A stretch of DNA of 63,910 nucleotides, the filler included, from Phoronis australis (lineage: Eukaryota > Animalia > Phoronida): the NCBI GenBank assembly GCA_002633005.1. It is 5 parts of 5 records of this genome, joined end to end, with 100 filler letters (N's around TTAATTAATTAA, not from the genome) between each part and the next. Parts side by side here need not be neighbours in the genome. Positions count along the whole stretch, not along the records: positions 26,904 to 53,515 come from NMRA01001049.1; positions 53,616 to 60,317 come from NMRA01002127.1; positions 60,418 to 62,567 come from NMRA01003828.1; positions 62,668 to 63,910 come from NMRA01000641.1; 1 more part is not named here. One strand, given 5' to 3'. Below, one piece after another: positions 50,730-63,331 of this stretch. Both the position numbers and the translations under genes were made by a program. The notes beneath the pieces are model-generated. The model made no database searches, was not told where the DNA came from, and saw only the letters and a list, made by a program, of their open reading frames with translations. Every line of letters begins with the position of its first letter. Positions within the stretch are counted from its first letter, which is position 1.

Positions 50730-51005
50730 GTAAGTAGCATTGGAAAAGGTGTAACACAGTATTGTCTTAGGGGAGGAGAATGCTAGACGCAGTGTTGTGT
50801 TGATGGTCAAAGTTTCTTTGTAACACATTTTTATGATATATTGGTTACCATCATAGCATTGATTTATGTCCTGTCATTCAGCATTTATGACCAACGAAAA
50901 CAACCGTCAAAAATGAACTCAGGCCTAAGCTTCAATTTTAATGTTTTTCCCTTGTTTCAGTATTCACCGTTTAAGCATGTCATGTAGTGTTTTTACTCTT
51001 CACAG

Positions 51006-51193
51006 GATAATCCGTCAGATTTCAACTACTTCTTTGACACTTCTCGCCGACGCACCTGTTACATTGCTCCTGAACGATTTGTGGATACAGCGTCGCGTAA
51101 CAATGACCCTTCGGCCAACAATATTGACTTGACATCCACAAGTGTCATCAAAACTGGCAGGAGAACGGCAGCCATGGATATATTCTCTTCTGG
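51006..51193 (+). CDS. PIK3R4: PIK3R4/Vps15 exon
   Basis: [26 protein letters not shown]...AMDIFSSG; cag| acceptor and |gtatg donor; N-gap follows. Confidence 0.95.
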
Positions 51194-54100
51194 GTATGAA
51201 GCAGACAATCATCCGTTGNNNNNNNNNNNNNNNNNNNNNNNNNNNNNNNNNNNNNNNNNNNNNNNNNNNNNNNNNNNNNNNNNNNNNNNNNNNNNNNNNN
51301 NNNNNNNNNNNNNNNNNNNNNNNNNNNNNNNNNNNNNNNNNNNNNNNNNNNNNNNNNNNNNNNNNNNNNNNNNNNNNNNNNNNNNNNNNNNNNNNNNNNN
51401 NNNNNNNNNNNNNNNNNNNNNNNNNNNNNNNNNNNNNNNNNNNNNNNNNNNNNNNNNNNNNNNNNNNNNNNNNNNNNNNNNNNNNNNNNNNNNNNNNNNN
51501 NNNNNNNNNNNNNNNNNNNNNNNNNNNNNNNNNNNNNNNNNNNNNNNNNNNNNNNNNNNNNNNNNNNNNNNNNNNNNNNNNNNNNNNNNNNNNNNNNNNN
51601 NNNNNNNNNNNNNNNNNNNNNNNNNNNNNNNNNNNNNNNNNNNNNNNNNNNNNNNNNNNNNNNNNNNNNNNNNNNNNNNNNNNNNNNNNNNNNNNNNNNN
51701 NNNNNNNNNNNNNNNNNNNNNNNNNNNNNNNNNNNNNNNNNNNNNNNNNNNNNNNNNNNNNNNNNNNNNNNNNNNNNNNNNNNNNNNNNNNNNNNNNNNN
51801 NNNNTGGGGGTGGGGGGTTACGTGTCAGAATTATGGACGCCCTGGAATATTGGGAACCCCATTTTGGACACGCTATTTTCGAAATCCTGGATAAAGGCCT
51901 GTCTGGACTCCACATGAACTTAAAAATTTTAAAACATAAAGAGGATTTCAGATAATTTGTTGAGTCGAAACTGTATTTTCATTCAAGAAGTTTTCCTATT
52001 GACGATCGCGATTCAGCGACGTATCAGTTGGCAAGTTTTCGCCCTGTGATGAGCACAATTTTTTGAAAAATAATCATAATTTAACAACAGAGTATGATAG
52101 CAATCCGCCACAATTTTGTAGAAAGACTGTCATAAACTACAAATACGTCACAGAGCGTAAATTTGATCAATCTTAGCTTCCAGTTTTACCTGTTTCGGAA
52201 GCCGGGTTTCAACTGCCTTAGGCTACAATAAGCATCCCTCCCCGTGAAATGAATTTCTCTAAGCACCCGGTATACACCTTTCCACCAAGGCTAGGTGATG
52301 CTACGACATATGCTTTGTTGCTTGTACGGATTGTTGCCAATTTTTTGTTGTTTCCAGAGCATTATGATGGCGGAAAATGAAAACGTTGCAAATTTGAATT
52401 TTAGTGTTTGCATAATCCAGAAAATCAGAGGTTGGTAAACCAAGTTTTTTTAAAACACTTTCGACGAAAAACTAGTAGAAGATGCCCACTGTTTCAAAAT
52501 TGCCATGAAGGTATTAACTATTCCATGCAGCATTATTTAACTGGTCTTGGCTAGTTATCATTTTATGGCCTGGTCATCCATTCAGCCAAAAGTAGTTCCA
52601 TAGGTGGCTTATCGGCCAATTATTCACGAAGTGCTGACTCACAATAGAAGCCTGATAAGAGTGAAGGTGGATAAATGTGGTGTTCCTATAGTTTCTTGTG
52701 GTAGTGGATGTGTTGAGGACATTAAACCACTCAGTTTTTCATTTCAGTTTTATTTGCCTCGTGTTTTTTTTTCGTTTTCGTATTCCATGAAAATCTACTT
52801 AATGATTATTTTTTTATCAGCGGCTAAGTTGGCAACTGTTGTTTGGGCAAAGTAATAAATATTAACTGTTAAAGTAACTATAAACTCGCGGTCCGTCAAC
52901 TAAACATAAACTTGGCTGTTCCTGACTCACGTAACAAGTGATCTTTGATCTTCAGGGCTTGGAATTGTCTTCTTTTAAATGAATTTTATCTTTTTTGTTT
53001 TCAATTTTCTTTTATTTGATTTCCTTGCAAAAACGTTTACTTAATTTAAATTTTACAACACAAAAATATTTCTATTTGTGGAACGATACATCACCTGGAC
53101 AATTGATTTAGATGCCAGGAATCTTCGTCGTAACCAAATAATTTCATTTCTCTGTAAATCTTATCCATGACCCCAAATTTATGGGAAATGTTTAGTGTTG
53201 GAAGTTGAGCATATTGCAGTCTGTAGCCAGTGAAGGGTCATTCAAAAATATTTTGCTACATTGATTTCAAAAAGGTGAATTTTCCCAGCCTCTTCCACTT
53301 ATAGTGCACTTCTTGTGTTGATCAGGTCAGGATTAATTTGCCTAAACTGCGTTTGCTTTAAATTACACAGACATTTACTAAAACGGACTCTCCCATTCCT
53401 CCATGAAGAGCATGTTTTGTTCAGTCGCAAAAATGATGGTAAATGAACGGTCCTCATTAGATGTAAATTATCACCATTTTGTTTGGTCGCACTTCAGGAG
53501 TTGATCAAGAGTATGNNNNNNNNNNNNNNNNNNNNNNNNNNNNNNNNNNNNNNNNNNNNTTAATTAATTAANNNNNNNNNNNNNNNNNNNNNNNNNNNNN
53601 NNNNNNNNNNNNNNNAACTAGGTACGAGAAAGTAACTGCTTTGTTGAAATTAACAATTTATTCCAGGCTCCATCACCTCTTAGTATTAATCGTATCAAGC
53701 AAGGGATTTTATGAATGACTTCAAGTGTATCATTTAGCACCCTCCCAACGAAAAATGGTGAACTATGATGGTTCTCTTAATTTTGTCAGGTTTGTTTTGG
53801 CAGATAAAACTGCAAAACAGTTTGTCTAACAATTCAATTATGGCGTCTGGCGGTAAAGTCAATGTTGTCAGAAGATGGCAGACCAAAAACATGAATAACT
53901 GTTTATTTGCCAAGAGGCGTTAGAGACCTTGTGGACAAACTAGCTCAAGTCGACCTGATCTCTTGAATTTTATCATCATAATTATTAGCTTACTTGTCTC
54001 TTAATAAGATAGTTGATACCAACGCGGTAAACAAATCTCTACGCCATGAAAGATTGAATACTGGACATAAGCGTAATTCGCAGAATTTCACTGAACCAAT

Positions 54101-54666
54101 CCATATACAATACCCAAGTAGGATTTTAAACCCCAGAGCTTGTGAAACAGGTCCAATGAACTCATAAACTCTTTTGTGATTCGTTGGTACCACCCAGACA
54201 AAAGACTGTGGCATCAGCATACTACAAAATTTTCGATTAATGCGATATGCCTGTATTTATACCTTTTGCATGTTTTTTTTTGGCGACACATTGTGGCCGT
54301 AATCCCAGCACAAACTTTAAAGAAATAAGGAGAGAAAAGGTCTCCTTAGCAGCGGCAGCAGGATAACAAAGTTTTGCACCCAAGAACCCATTATAATGTT
54401 TTTGTAAATGAAAACTTATCAGCACGTGCCGGACCTCTAGAAACCTCAAATCCTAATTGAACCTATAATAGGCCATTTTCCATCAACTAGGACAGCGAAA
54501 CAAAGCGAAAAAGTGCGACATCAGCGTTTCTTCCATATTTGTAAACAATTTGCACAGAGTCCTTTAATCATAGTTTGTGGATTTGATACCAAACTATGTC
54601 CAGATAAATTTCAGAAGGACACGTCAAGCTAAACTACTATAGGTGTTAGGAGAAGTATTCACTGTT

Positions 54667-54806
54667 TCATATTTCTTCAATGATGACGTGACAGGCGCTA
54701 TTCCAGCACGTGTAGCAGTTTGAAATGCCGTAGTTCCCAGGACACGTGCCAACATTGAAACTCACGGGTATGGTGCCAGCCAGTGCCACCTTACACATTC
54801 CGTCGA
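54667..54806 (-). CDS. CTHRC1 C-terminal-domain protein terminal exon (DGMCKVALAGTIPVSFNVGTC...TCWNSACHVIIEEI*)
   Basis: Matches EGLC...AG.V.V...VGTC...TGWNS.SRIIIEE; phase-compatible; TGA at 54667. Confidence 0.9.
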
Positions 54807-55331
54807 CTGCAAAAGAAAAATAGCTTTTGATATTATTTGTCCTAATTCATCCGCAAATCAAATGCTTTGATACAGAGTATTTCACATAAATTTATTTTGT
54901 CTTAAAATTAGAATTACGTTAGGGACACATATTCCAATTGAAGGGTATTCAGGGAGAAGTTCACTTGGCATTGCCGGAAAGCCTGTATGGTCAGTCCGCT
55001 TCTGGTTTGCCACAGAGTAGAGACAAAAATAAGTAACAAATAAAACAACTACTTCCGTCCATTTCTAGAATGATGAAATATTGAGAAATTCCACAACAAT
55101 GTGCTGACGCCACGAAATACTACAATTGACTATCTGATTCTACCCACATTGCTGCCAGTCAGTAAGGCCTCGTCCCACCGTTGTCGTGCTTATCAGTCAG
55201 TATTTTACTTCAAAATTGGTTCCTGTGTTAATGGACCTCTTATTCCAAAAGTAGATCAAATATTGAAAACGTTTTCTACCCACTTTCAAGAGGATAAGAG
55301 GATCCGGGAAATGGAAATTCACGGTACTTAC

Positions 55332-55530
55332 TGGTAACGTGGTCATGAAAATTCATTGGTTTGTCTTTGTAAATCGATGCATCAATTGTTGTTGGGTTTG
55401 TACATTCTTCGTTGTTGATTTTGAAAAACCACCGGCAGCACCCACCGCTGGGAGACTTAAGCTCTCTCAAGTTTCCGCTCCACGTTATTTTCAAGGTTGA
55501 GTTGATCCTCTTCTTGAAAAATTTCACCTC
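55332..55530 (-). CDS. CTHRC1 C-terminal-domain protein exon (EVKFFKKRINSTLKITWSGNLR...CCRWFFKINNEECTNPTTID...NFHDHVT)
   Basis: Matches the FTK..S.LRV.FSG.LR...CC.RWYFTFNG.EC..P..I pattern; 199 nt; phase 0-1. Confidence 0.9.
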
Positions 55531-55700
55531 CTGTAAGTGCCATTTTGTAGAATAAAGTAGTAAATCAAACTGCAAAATATCGAATTCTTGTATGCTTAAC
55601 TAGGTAGCAAAGAGATTTCATAACAGACAAAGTGCCGTGACTGAAACATTACTTCAATAGTAAAGACTGTAATTCATCGCGAGGAAAAAATAAACGTTAC

Positions 55701-55761
55701 CTTGATTTGCCCTTGATCAGTGTCGAGGTTTAAGTCTTTCCAATGATAATGTTCGATGTTT
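55701..55761 (-). CDS. CTHRC1 C-terminal-domain protein exon (NIEHYHWKDLNLDTDQGQIK)
   Basis: ttttag| acceptor and |gtaac donor; aligns with [20 protein letters not shown] of CTHRC1. Confidence 0.8.
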
Positions 55762-56460
55762 CTAAAAGAAAAGGCATGACTACATTTGGAAGTGATTCCA
55801 ACTCTTACAATATTGTTAACATATGTAATAACTCGCACGTGATCAAAATCGTAGAAATATGCTAGTTAACAATAACTGTTCAAGTTATTTAGTCCGAAAT
55901 TTTCTTTAGAGTTACAATTGGCTTACAAAAAACTTATTCGAAGAAACGATATTTATCCAAATTATTATTTCAGAAGTCTGAAATGCCTATATTTCAAATT
56001 AATGTTAGTCTGAACATAAGTTTTGTTATTCACCATAACATTTTGAATATTTATATTCTGGTATCATAGGAGTGTTTTTAAAAGCACGCTTCCCGTGCTT
56101 GTCCTTTGTATGTATATGAGAAGATTTTGTATTGAAAGTTGCTCTAAAATTCACCTATAATTCTAGTGAATAACGAGTTTCTTATGGACACACTGATGAT
56201 TACTTCGGACCATTCAGAGGCTTCGGCCTGATACACAATCGGGGTCCAGACTAACGATATCAAAACGATAGTTTTCAAGTCGGTTTTCTAGTTATAAACA
56301 TTTAAACCCACTGAGGGGGAATGTTCTAAGATCCCCTCGACCCACGACCCCCTCGACCAACGACACACGACCTCTTGGACCCACGACTTACCTAAAGCCG
56401 ATTTCGTCTCCGTCAGGTTATCGACTCATCTTCGGCATCGCTGAGTCTGACTGGTATTAA

Positions 56461-58091
56461 AGGAGCATGCCACCCAAAAAACAACCTAATTTCTATCAAT
56501 TTAGATACTTCGTAACGACACGTACGGTTGCGTTACCTGACACCTGACGGCAGAAGGAGGTGTTGAAATTATCCAATGACGTCATCGTTTCACACGCAGT
56601 ATGTTCAGCAGTTAACAACACGGGTTTCTGGTGTCAGCTTATCGCTTGAAGTCATCGTTTAACACCAATAAATCATCAAACTTCGATGTAAAACCCTTGA
56701 AAACACACCGAATTCTTATTAAAGCGTGTTGTTTTATTTCGCTCTTACGGATTTATTGATATTTGGACACACCGTAGCCTACAAAGGCCAATAAGGTCCG
56801 TAGCAGGAGTTTGGGGCCGGACTAGATAATTTCCAAAGTACTTTCTGTGAGATACAGACAGGAGAACCTAGATCTGTGTTGTTTAGACTTGTGATTTTTT
56901 GAGTTCTAAACACAAAACGCTTGTTATCCTGGCCAGTGGCTCGGAGCACGATCAGGCCCNGGAAACTGATCAGACATCACGAACATAAACCAGCCACAGT
57001 TCAGTGGAAACTAAACTTCCAGTCAAGAAAATACCATACTAGTGAGCCAAAGTAATGTGCACCTGATTATGTTGGTGAATTAGCCACGAAACTGCAAATC
57101 TGCTTACTCGTCGGGGGACGCGAATTCAGGTTCCGCTTTGGCCACAGCACCCTGTCCTGACGGTCAGGGCAGAAATTGTACATTGACAATCATTATTTGA
57201 GTAATGTAAATGTAAATAAAGATTCCCCTAACACCTGGCCGTGGGATGTAAATTGAGTTGTTTCACAACAGTTTCTGCCAGCAAACACTAAATTAGCATG
57301 AGCTCACACGGCCTAGGTGTCCCATCAATTAGTTTTATTGCACCTCTAGTAAAGCCGGTAACGAAGTTGATTGCTGGCTTCTCAAATCATTTGCACTCAC
57401 GAACACTCCAAAGGCATTACAAATTGCATCTAATGAGACAGACCTTGTTTCAGTTTTATATAAGTATTGGTTAGGGTGAGAATAATTCATTTTGAAACAG
57501 AACGCTCAGTAATAAACGCCAACATGGCAACTCGCAATCCCGACTTAGGACGAGCTAGAGCTCATCAGTCCCGACTTCGCAGGTGGATCGTTAAATATTA
57601 CAGGCTATCAATTCGAACAGGAATACAGTGATGAAGAAATACTAGAGAGGCGCCGTGAACAAGCTCAGACACAACGGAACGTATGGAGTTATTTGGTAAG
57701 CCGGCATTCGTCAGGCACGGTCGACGTCTACAGGCCACAGACACGGAGATGTTTCACGGCCTCATACTATTTACAGCGTACATTTCATTCTTCACTACCA
57801 TGAGTCACTTCCTAAGCATTTCGGGGTCTCGAGGAAGTAAAAAAAAAACGTTATACCCGCTTTCCTCGCAGCTGCTTAGTTCGGGCAAGCGGGAACGATG
57901 CACCACCAACATACATGTAGCGGCATTCACTCTGCATATGAACCACTGACGTCGCTAGCGTCGTTTCTCACCTTCCTCACAGGTTAAAGCGACACCTCTT
58001 GGCAAGGTAAGGTCGACTGTATGCGAGGCGATGTGGATGTAGACCTATTAAGACGGCGAAAAAGACTAATTAAATCGGGTGGCATTCTCCT
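56461..58091. mobile_element. Kolobok-type non-autonomous element C
   Basis: TTAA at 56457-56460 and 58092-58095; TIR aggag(c/a)atgccaccc 14/15; KolX-like start inside. Confidence 0.8.
57524..57695 (+). pseudogene. KolX-like N-terminal exon relic
   Basis: GYQFEQEYSDEEILERR versus GYMFEPEYNEAE in element B. Frameshift after the ATG. Ends at a gtaagc donor. Confidence 0.6.
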
Positions 58092-58387
58092 TTAAGTCTG
58101 ACGGGAAAGTCACTCAGCAACGTAATAAGACTATGGAATTTGTAAAAAGCGCAGATACCTCTATTGCTGCAGGTCGTGGGTCGAGAGGTTGTGGGTCGTG
58201 TGGGTCGTGGGTGTCGTTAGTTTAGGGGGTTGTGGGGTGCGGGGTCGAGAGGGTTTAGAACAATCCAACCCAGGGGCCAGAAGAGTTTGTTTATGACAAC
58301 TTGTGACACGAATGTGGTAAGATAAAACTGTTCTAACACGTTGCACAAATTGCGTACGCGATACCAAAAGGCGTGTTGAAAACCTAC

Positions 58388-58407
58388 CTGGCGTGAGACT
58401 CCACCTT
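58388..58407 (-). CDS. Candidate 20-nt micro-exon of the CTHRC1-like gene (KVESHAR)
   Basis: ttattttcag| acceptor and CAG|gtaggt donor; ends in phase 2 as the next exon requires. Confidence 0.45.
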
Positions 58408-58574
58408 CTGAAAATAATAAAACGTCATCAATGACTATAGCCTGGCATTTTTACATTAATTATTAATTCAACATGATCTAATCTAATCTAAGAAGCATGG
58501 TCAAGTAGATATCATGATTGCTTGTGTAGCACAACTAAAAACATCTTTTGCATTCGAAAAAAATAAGAACTTAC

Positions 58575-58606
58575 TTGTAAGCGTGCTTAAATTTCCTCAA
58601 GTTTAT
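58575..58606 (-). CDS. Candidate 32-nt exon of the CTHRC1-like gene
   Basis: ttcttacag| acceptor and |gtaagt donor; reading frame ambiguous. Confidence 0.4.
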
Positions 58607-60437
58607 CTGTAAGAAATAATCCTTGCCATTTAATTCAAGTTTTTAAAACTCTGCAAGCTTCAACGTTCATCTGTATGTATACTCACGAAACAATTACTAT
58701 CGGTAACATTTATTTTTCTTGTTGAATTACAACACAACATAGACACATTCAGGTCTGGACCCCTTTTTCCCTCGACTTTAACGATATCACAACTAGAATT
58801 TTCAAATTGTTGACATAAAAAATCCTTGATCCGAACCCCTCCCCTTATTAAGTATTCCTGGATCCGCCTCTGCACAATCAATGAAGAACTCTCAAATGAA
58901 TCGTGAATAATGGAACTTGGTGCGGGAAAAGTGCAAGACAGACGACACTCCTGTCTGATTAAATCATCAATTACTAAGACCGCATGTAGCACCGATATGA
59001 AAATCAAAACGCAAGTAAATATGAGAATTGAGGATTTGTTTGCCTTGCCACTGACACAGGCTGTAGGTGGCGTAAATTGCACGAACTTTCCTTGTGCCAA
59101 TAGCAGCGCATTTTGTAAAGCCGATCTACGGGTAGACATTTTAGAGCAACTGGGAAAATTCACAACGCGTACGTATTGATGGCGAAAACGATTCTCTTAA
59201 AGACCTGGTCGCACGCGTTGTTAACCCTTATTACATGGTTGGAGGACGTTATAAGGATCCAAGAAGTACCTACCCCATAACTAATACACAATTCGTACTC
59301 GAAAAAAGTTTAAATGAACGCGCCACTCTCGATTCGCAACCGAAGAACCACCGCCATTTTGAACTTGCCGCGAACCCTTAAGTACAATTCATTCAGGAAC
59401 CCAGGCTAAGAAAACGCCGTCAGTGTGGATGGACGAGTGCCTGTTACCAGCTTGCAAACGGGGATAAAATAATAGACAGCGGGCCTTAATTTTAATAAAA
59501 TCAAAATACGGACAACTTTATCGAATTTGCTGAAGAAATGTGGCGAATAAATTTTGACAGACATTATTTTGCTAGACTCGGGACCGCAGCGTATCGGACC
59601 CGGTGCCGATCGAGACCAGACACTGGAGAACGGTAAATGCATGCGGTTGCGAGCTCTTTTGTCGAAGTATTATGCTCAAATCATAAATGCCGCATATATT
59701 CAAAGATAGTTTCAGAGACTTGCATGAAATTACGGACGGGTTAGTCCTGTGTCACACTACCGCGGCAGACCTTAGCTAGCCTCAGTGCCAGCTACCAGTG
59801 AAGACTATCGTCAAAATACGGCTTGTTAGTACATGTAGGCCTACACAGCTTTGCGCCAAGGCTACCCTTAGGACTAACTGGTCGCTGGACACAGCGCTCG
59901 CTCAATTGAAGTTTATTTAGAACTTGGGTACTTCTGGCGAAGTTTTTCAATAGAGATTTGCCCACACTTTGTATGAGCGCACCAAGCCTAAAAGAATGGG
60001 GGGCTGGAATTTTTGGGAATGTCTATGTTTTACTATAAGATTCACTAGGAATGTTCAGAGCTATGAATTGTAGACGCTAAATTTGGTAATTCCTGTCTTC
60101 TAGTGGAATAGTGTCTTATTTATTTATACTTTTTTCGGAATTCGTGCTTCTTTGACTGAGGCAGACCCTTTTCCATTTCTCCAAATAGGGGGCTCGTTCG
60201 AGCATATAAGTATGACAAGTCCAATACAAAATGTTATCATTTTTATTCATTAACCCAAAATGATTCAAACTTTTAACATAATAAGTGACTTAAATTGTAC
60301 AATACTTTACAACATTTNNNNNNNNNNNNNNNNNNNNNNNNNNNNNNNNNNNNNNNNNNNNTTAATTAATTAANNNNNNNNNNNNNNNNNNNNNNNNNNN
60401 NNNNNNNNNNNNNNNNNAAAAATGTTTAGCCCAGTAA

Positions 60438-60932
60438 TTATGCGCACATTACAGTCAGCTACAAATAATTTAGGGAACTGAAGTCATTTTTAGATACTTT
60501 GTAACTAGCAGCTATATGCACAATACAATCTATAAATAATTTAGAGAACTGAAGTCATCTTTAGTTAGTAACTAACAGTTATGTGCACATTACAGTCTAC
60601 ATTTCAAAAATTTAAAAAACTGAAGTCATCTTTAGTTAGTAACTAGCAGTCATGTGCACATTAGTCTACAAATAATTTAGGGAACTGAAGTCATCTTTAG
60701 TTAGTAACTAACAGTTATGTGCACGTTACAGTCTACATTTCAAAAATTTAGAGAACTGAAGTCATTTTTAGTTAGTAACTAGCAGTTATGTGCACATTAG
60801 TCTACAAATAATTTAGAGAAATGAAGTCATCTTTAGTTAGTAACTAACAGTTATGTGCACATTAGTCTACAAATAATTTAGAGAACTGAAGTCATCTTTA
60901 GTTTAACTTAGTAACTAGCAGTTATGTGCACA
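60438..60932. repeat. Minisatellite, about 58-66-bp unit, about 8 copies
   Basis: gaactgaagtcatctttagttagtaacta(g/a)cagttatgtgcaca core with short and long variants. Confidence 0.92.
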
Positions 60933-61928
60933 TTCTCAGTTACAACACTTCTGCTCAAGCGAGATTTAATTACTTTTCAGAAATAGTTGTCTGGTGCCCA
61001 AGATCAAAATTTTTACAATAAGTCATTAGTCACCTTTCACAAAACAGACCCCTAGGCTGCATTCCACATGACATTGCCTTACGAGATTAGAAAAGTCATA
61101 ACGTTATTTTGACTGTGAAGCAAACTTGGTGGCTTCAGGGAGTCTACACTGAACACTTGGACAGACTATTGTCATTGATCTGAATAGGCCTTTCCAGGTG
61201 TGAGTAATAAAACATGGTAATTAGGTTTGATCCCTCAGTGGAACTTGTGAATAGACAATCAAATCAGCTGATCTAAATGACTATCTCAAACAAAACTTGG
61301 CCAATTTTTGTGGAGGAAAAGCTCTTTATGAGGAATTCAAATGTGGACTTTGTTTTCGTCCAAAAAAGGGTGAAAGATGAAATCACATGTCTTAATTCTT
61401 CAGGAAACTCTTATCTTAACGCAGTCAGATTAAACCCCAATGAAAAGTAATCGAGCACAAGGACTTCCGGTTTTCTGACCACCCAGAGGTGCCTGCCTGC
61501 CAAGTCTGAATGGTCCATCACGACAACATAATGTTATGCAAGCAAATGTAATGGAACATCAAGCTACCATTTTTTGCGAACATGCAGCCGGCCAAAACAC
61601 CGAAAAAGGATCTAAATACCCGCCATTGAAATTGATGCGAAAGCTGCTTTCACAAGCTTACAACAGTTGCTGTTAGTTTTCAAACTTAAAGATGATGAAG
61701 TGTTTTCTCATAAAAATTTTGAAGTGAAAAATTCAACTTTATGGAAACAAGCCACAGAGCTCACTATTTCCACTTGAAATACTTCCTAACTCAGTATGTG
61801 AGTACCGCTTGGCTAGGCAATACAAAATAAGTACAACATGATATACACAGCGGTCTCACCTATTTTAATTTCTTCTGAAAGACAATGGTAAGACACTTCA
61901 AACTCCTGATGGTTCCAGGCNCTAGTCT

Positions 61929-62065
61929 GGAAATAGGCCAAGTAACAAAATGGAAATAGGCCAAGTAACAAATTGGAAACAGGGCAATTAACAAAATAGA
62001 ATTAGGCCAAGTGACAAAATTGAAATACGCCAAGTAACATAAAACAATTGACAACATGGAAATAG
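61929..62065. repeat. Tandem repeat, about 23-bp unit
   Basis: gaaataggccaagtaacaaaat x about 5, degenerate. Confidence 0.75.
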
Positions 62066-62667
62066 ACAGGGCTTGGAATGACCAATGACAAAAAACGCAG
62101 AAACTTTTATGGCCCAAAACATGCGCGCTACCCAGCCTTGAAATAGTTGATGTGAACCTTTCGCCGACAAAAGAAAAAAAAAATGTTACCACCATCAGTA
62201 GCATGCGCGTCTGCGTCTTTTTATCTCGTCCGTCCACTCTTCCACTCCCACCCCCACACATTTTTGGCTGCAGAGCCGTAGTATTTGTCACCGCGGTTTA
62301 CAATCACGCGAGACGCCATTGAAAATCCCACCACGCTATCCCAGATGCTCTGGCAATGTTGACAATTTACGTTCCTCCGAAACATAAAGAGCAACTTCCG
62401 CTTTTCGAGGTGAACGTTGTCGGCAATGCCGCGGTAAGAAAGGAATTTTCCGCGGAAATTTTATATCAAATCCGATTTTTTTACGCGGAAACATAACAAG
62501 AGCAACGCAGAGCGTTGAAATGCGCCCACAATTGCACCGTATACGGTATCCTTCTAGGGTTGTTTATNNNNNNNNNNNNNNNNNNNNNNNNNNNNNNNNN
62601 NNNNNNNNNNNTTAATTAATTAANNNNNNNNNNNNNNNNNNNNNNNNNNNNNNNNNNNNNNNNNNNN

Positions 62668-62797
62668 CCACTAAGTGTGACATACCATGTGAATCCGGTC
62701 ATCCACTCAGTGTGACATACCATGTGAATCCGGTCATCCACTCAGTGTGACATACCATGTGAATCTGGTCAGCCAATAAGTGTGTGACATGCCATGT
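62668..62797. repeat. 35-bp tandem repeat, about 3.7 copies, abutting a gap
   Basis: Unit ccactcagtgtgacataccatgtgaatccggtcat. Confidence 0.9.
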
Positions 62798-63331
62798 TCT
62801 GAAGTTGACCAAACTTGGATACTTTTTTCTGGAATCCTTCATAAAACTTCGAATGAACGACCTTGGTTGCATGTATATTAACCGATATAGAGAAAAGGAG
62901 TGATGTAATGTATCCTGACAAGTTACGGTCCGCGACTGTCCTGGGAAAGAATGAAAGAATGACTGTTGTCTGTAATCTGCCCTATTTATTGGAATGCTTC
63001 AATTGAATGACCTTCTGATGATCTTCTGACGGTTGCCTCCGTAGCAGATCGTGCTCTCTCTCTGGCATCAGTACAAGTGCGTCATCCATTTGTAGCATTC
63101 TAATAAACATGACAGATTACAGGAAAGAGACATCCTAAAACAGACTGGGATTTGATTAACCAATCTCTGAAGTGACGTCCACTGTATATATTATTATTTT
63201 CGTCTTCGTTGATCTCAATTGTGATACAGCGGCGTAATACTGTGGAGAGATTGTGGTCACTTGAACAAACGAAAAAGTTTAACAGGTGCTGACAACAGAT
63301 TGTGTGGATATATATACATGTAGTTCTATCA

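Larger units (their letters stand above)
56318..58266. mobile_element. MULE/foldback-like element hosting Kolobok C
   Basis: Termini GGAATGTTCTAA and (rc) GGATTGTTCTAA. Inverted arrays of cgacccacgac-type units. Flanks aaccca[ctga]ggg and aacccaggg. Confidence 0.6.

Noticed and set aside
51081-51917. Long ORFs spanning N-gaps (also 22285-22830)
   Set aside because: Length comes from Ns; only the PIK3R4 exon portion is real.
58660-59163. 167-aa ORF as a single coding exon, including GKRGPD
   Set aside because: It runs through a MITE-end-like segment (ggatccgcctctg near 58860-58872), and two Gly triplets are not a collagen domain.
59351-59361. YY1-like CCGCCATTTTG in a CpG-richer patch as a promoter
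   Set aside because: A single motif with no linked exon or TSS evidence.
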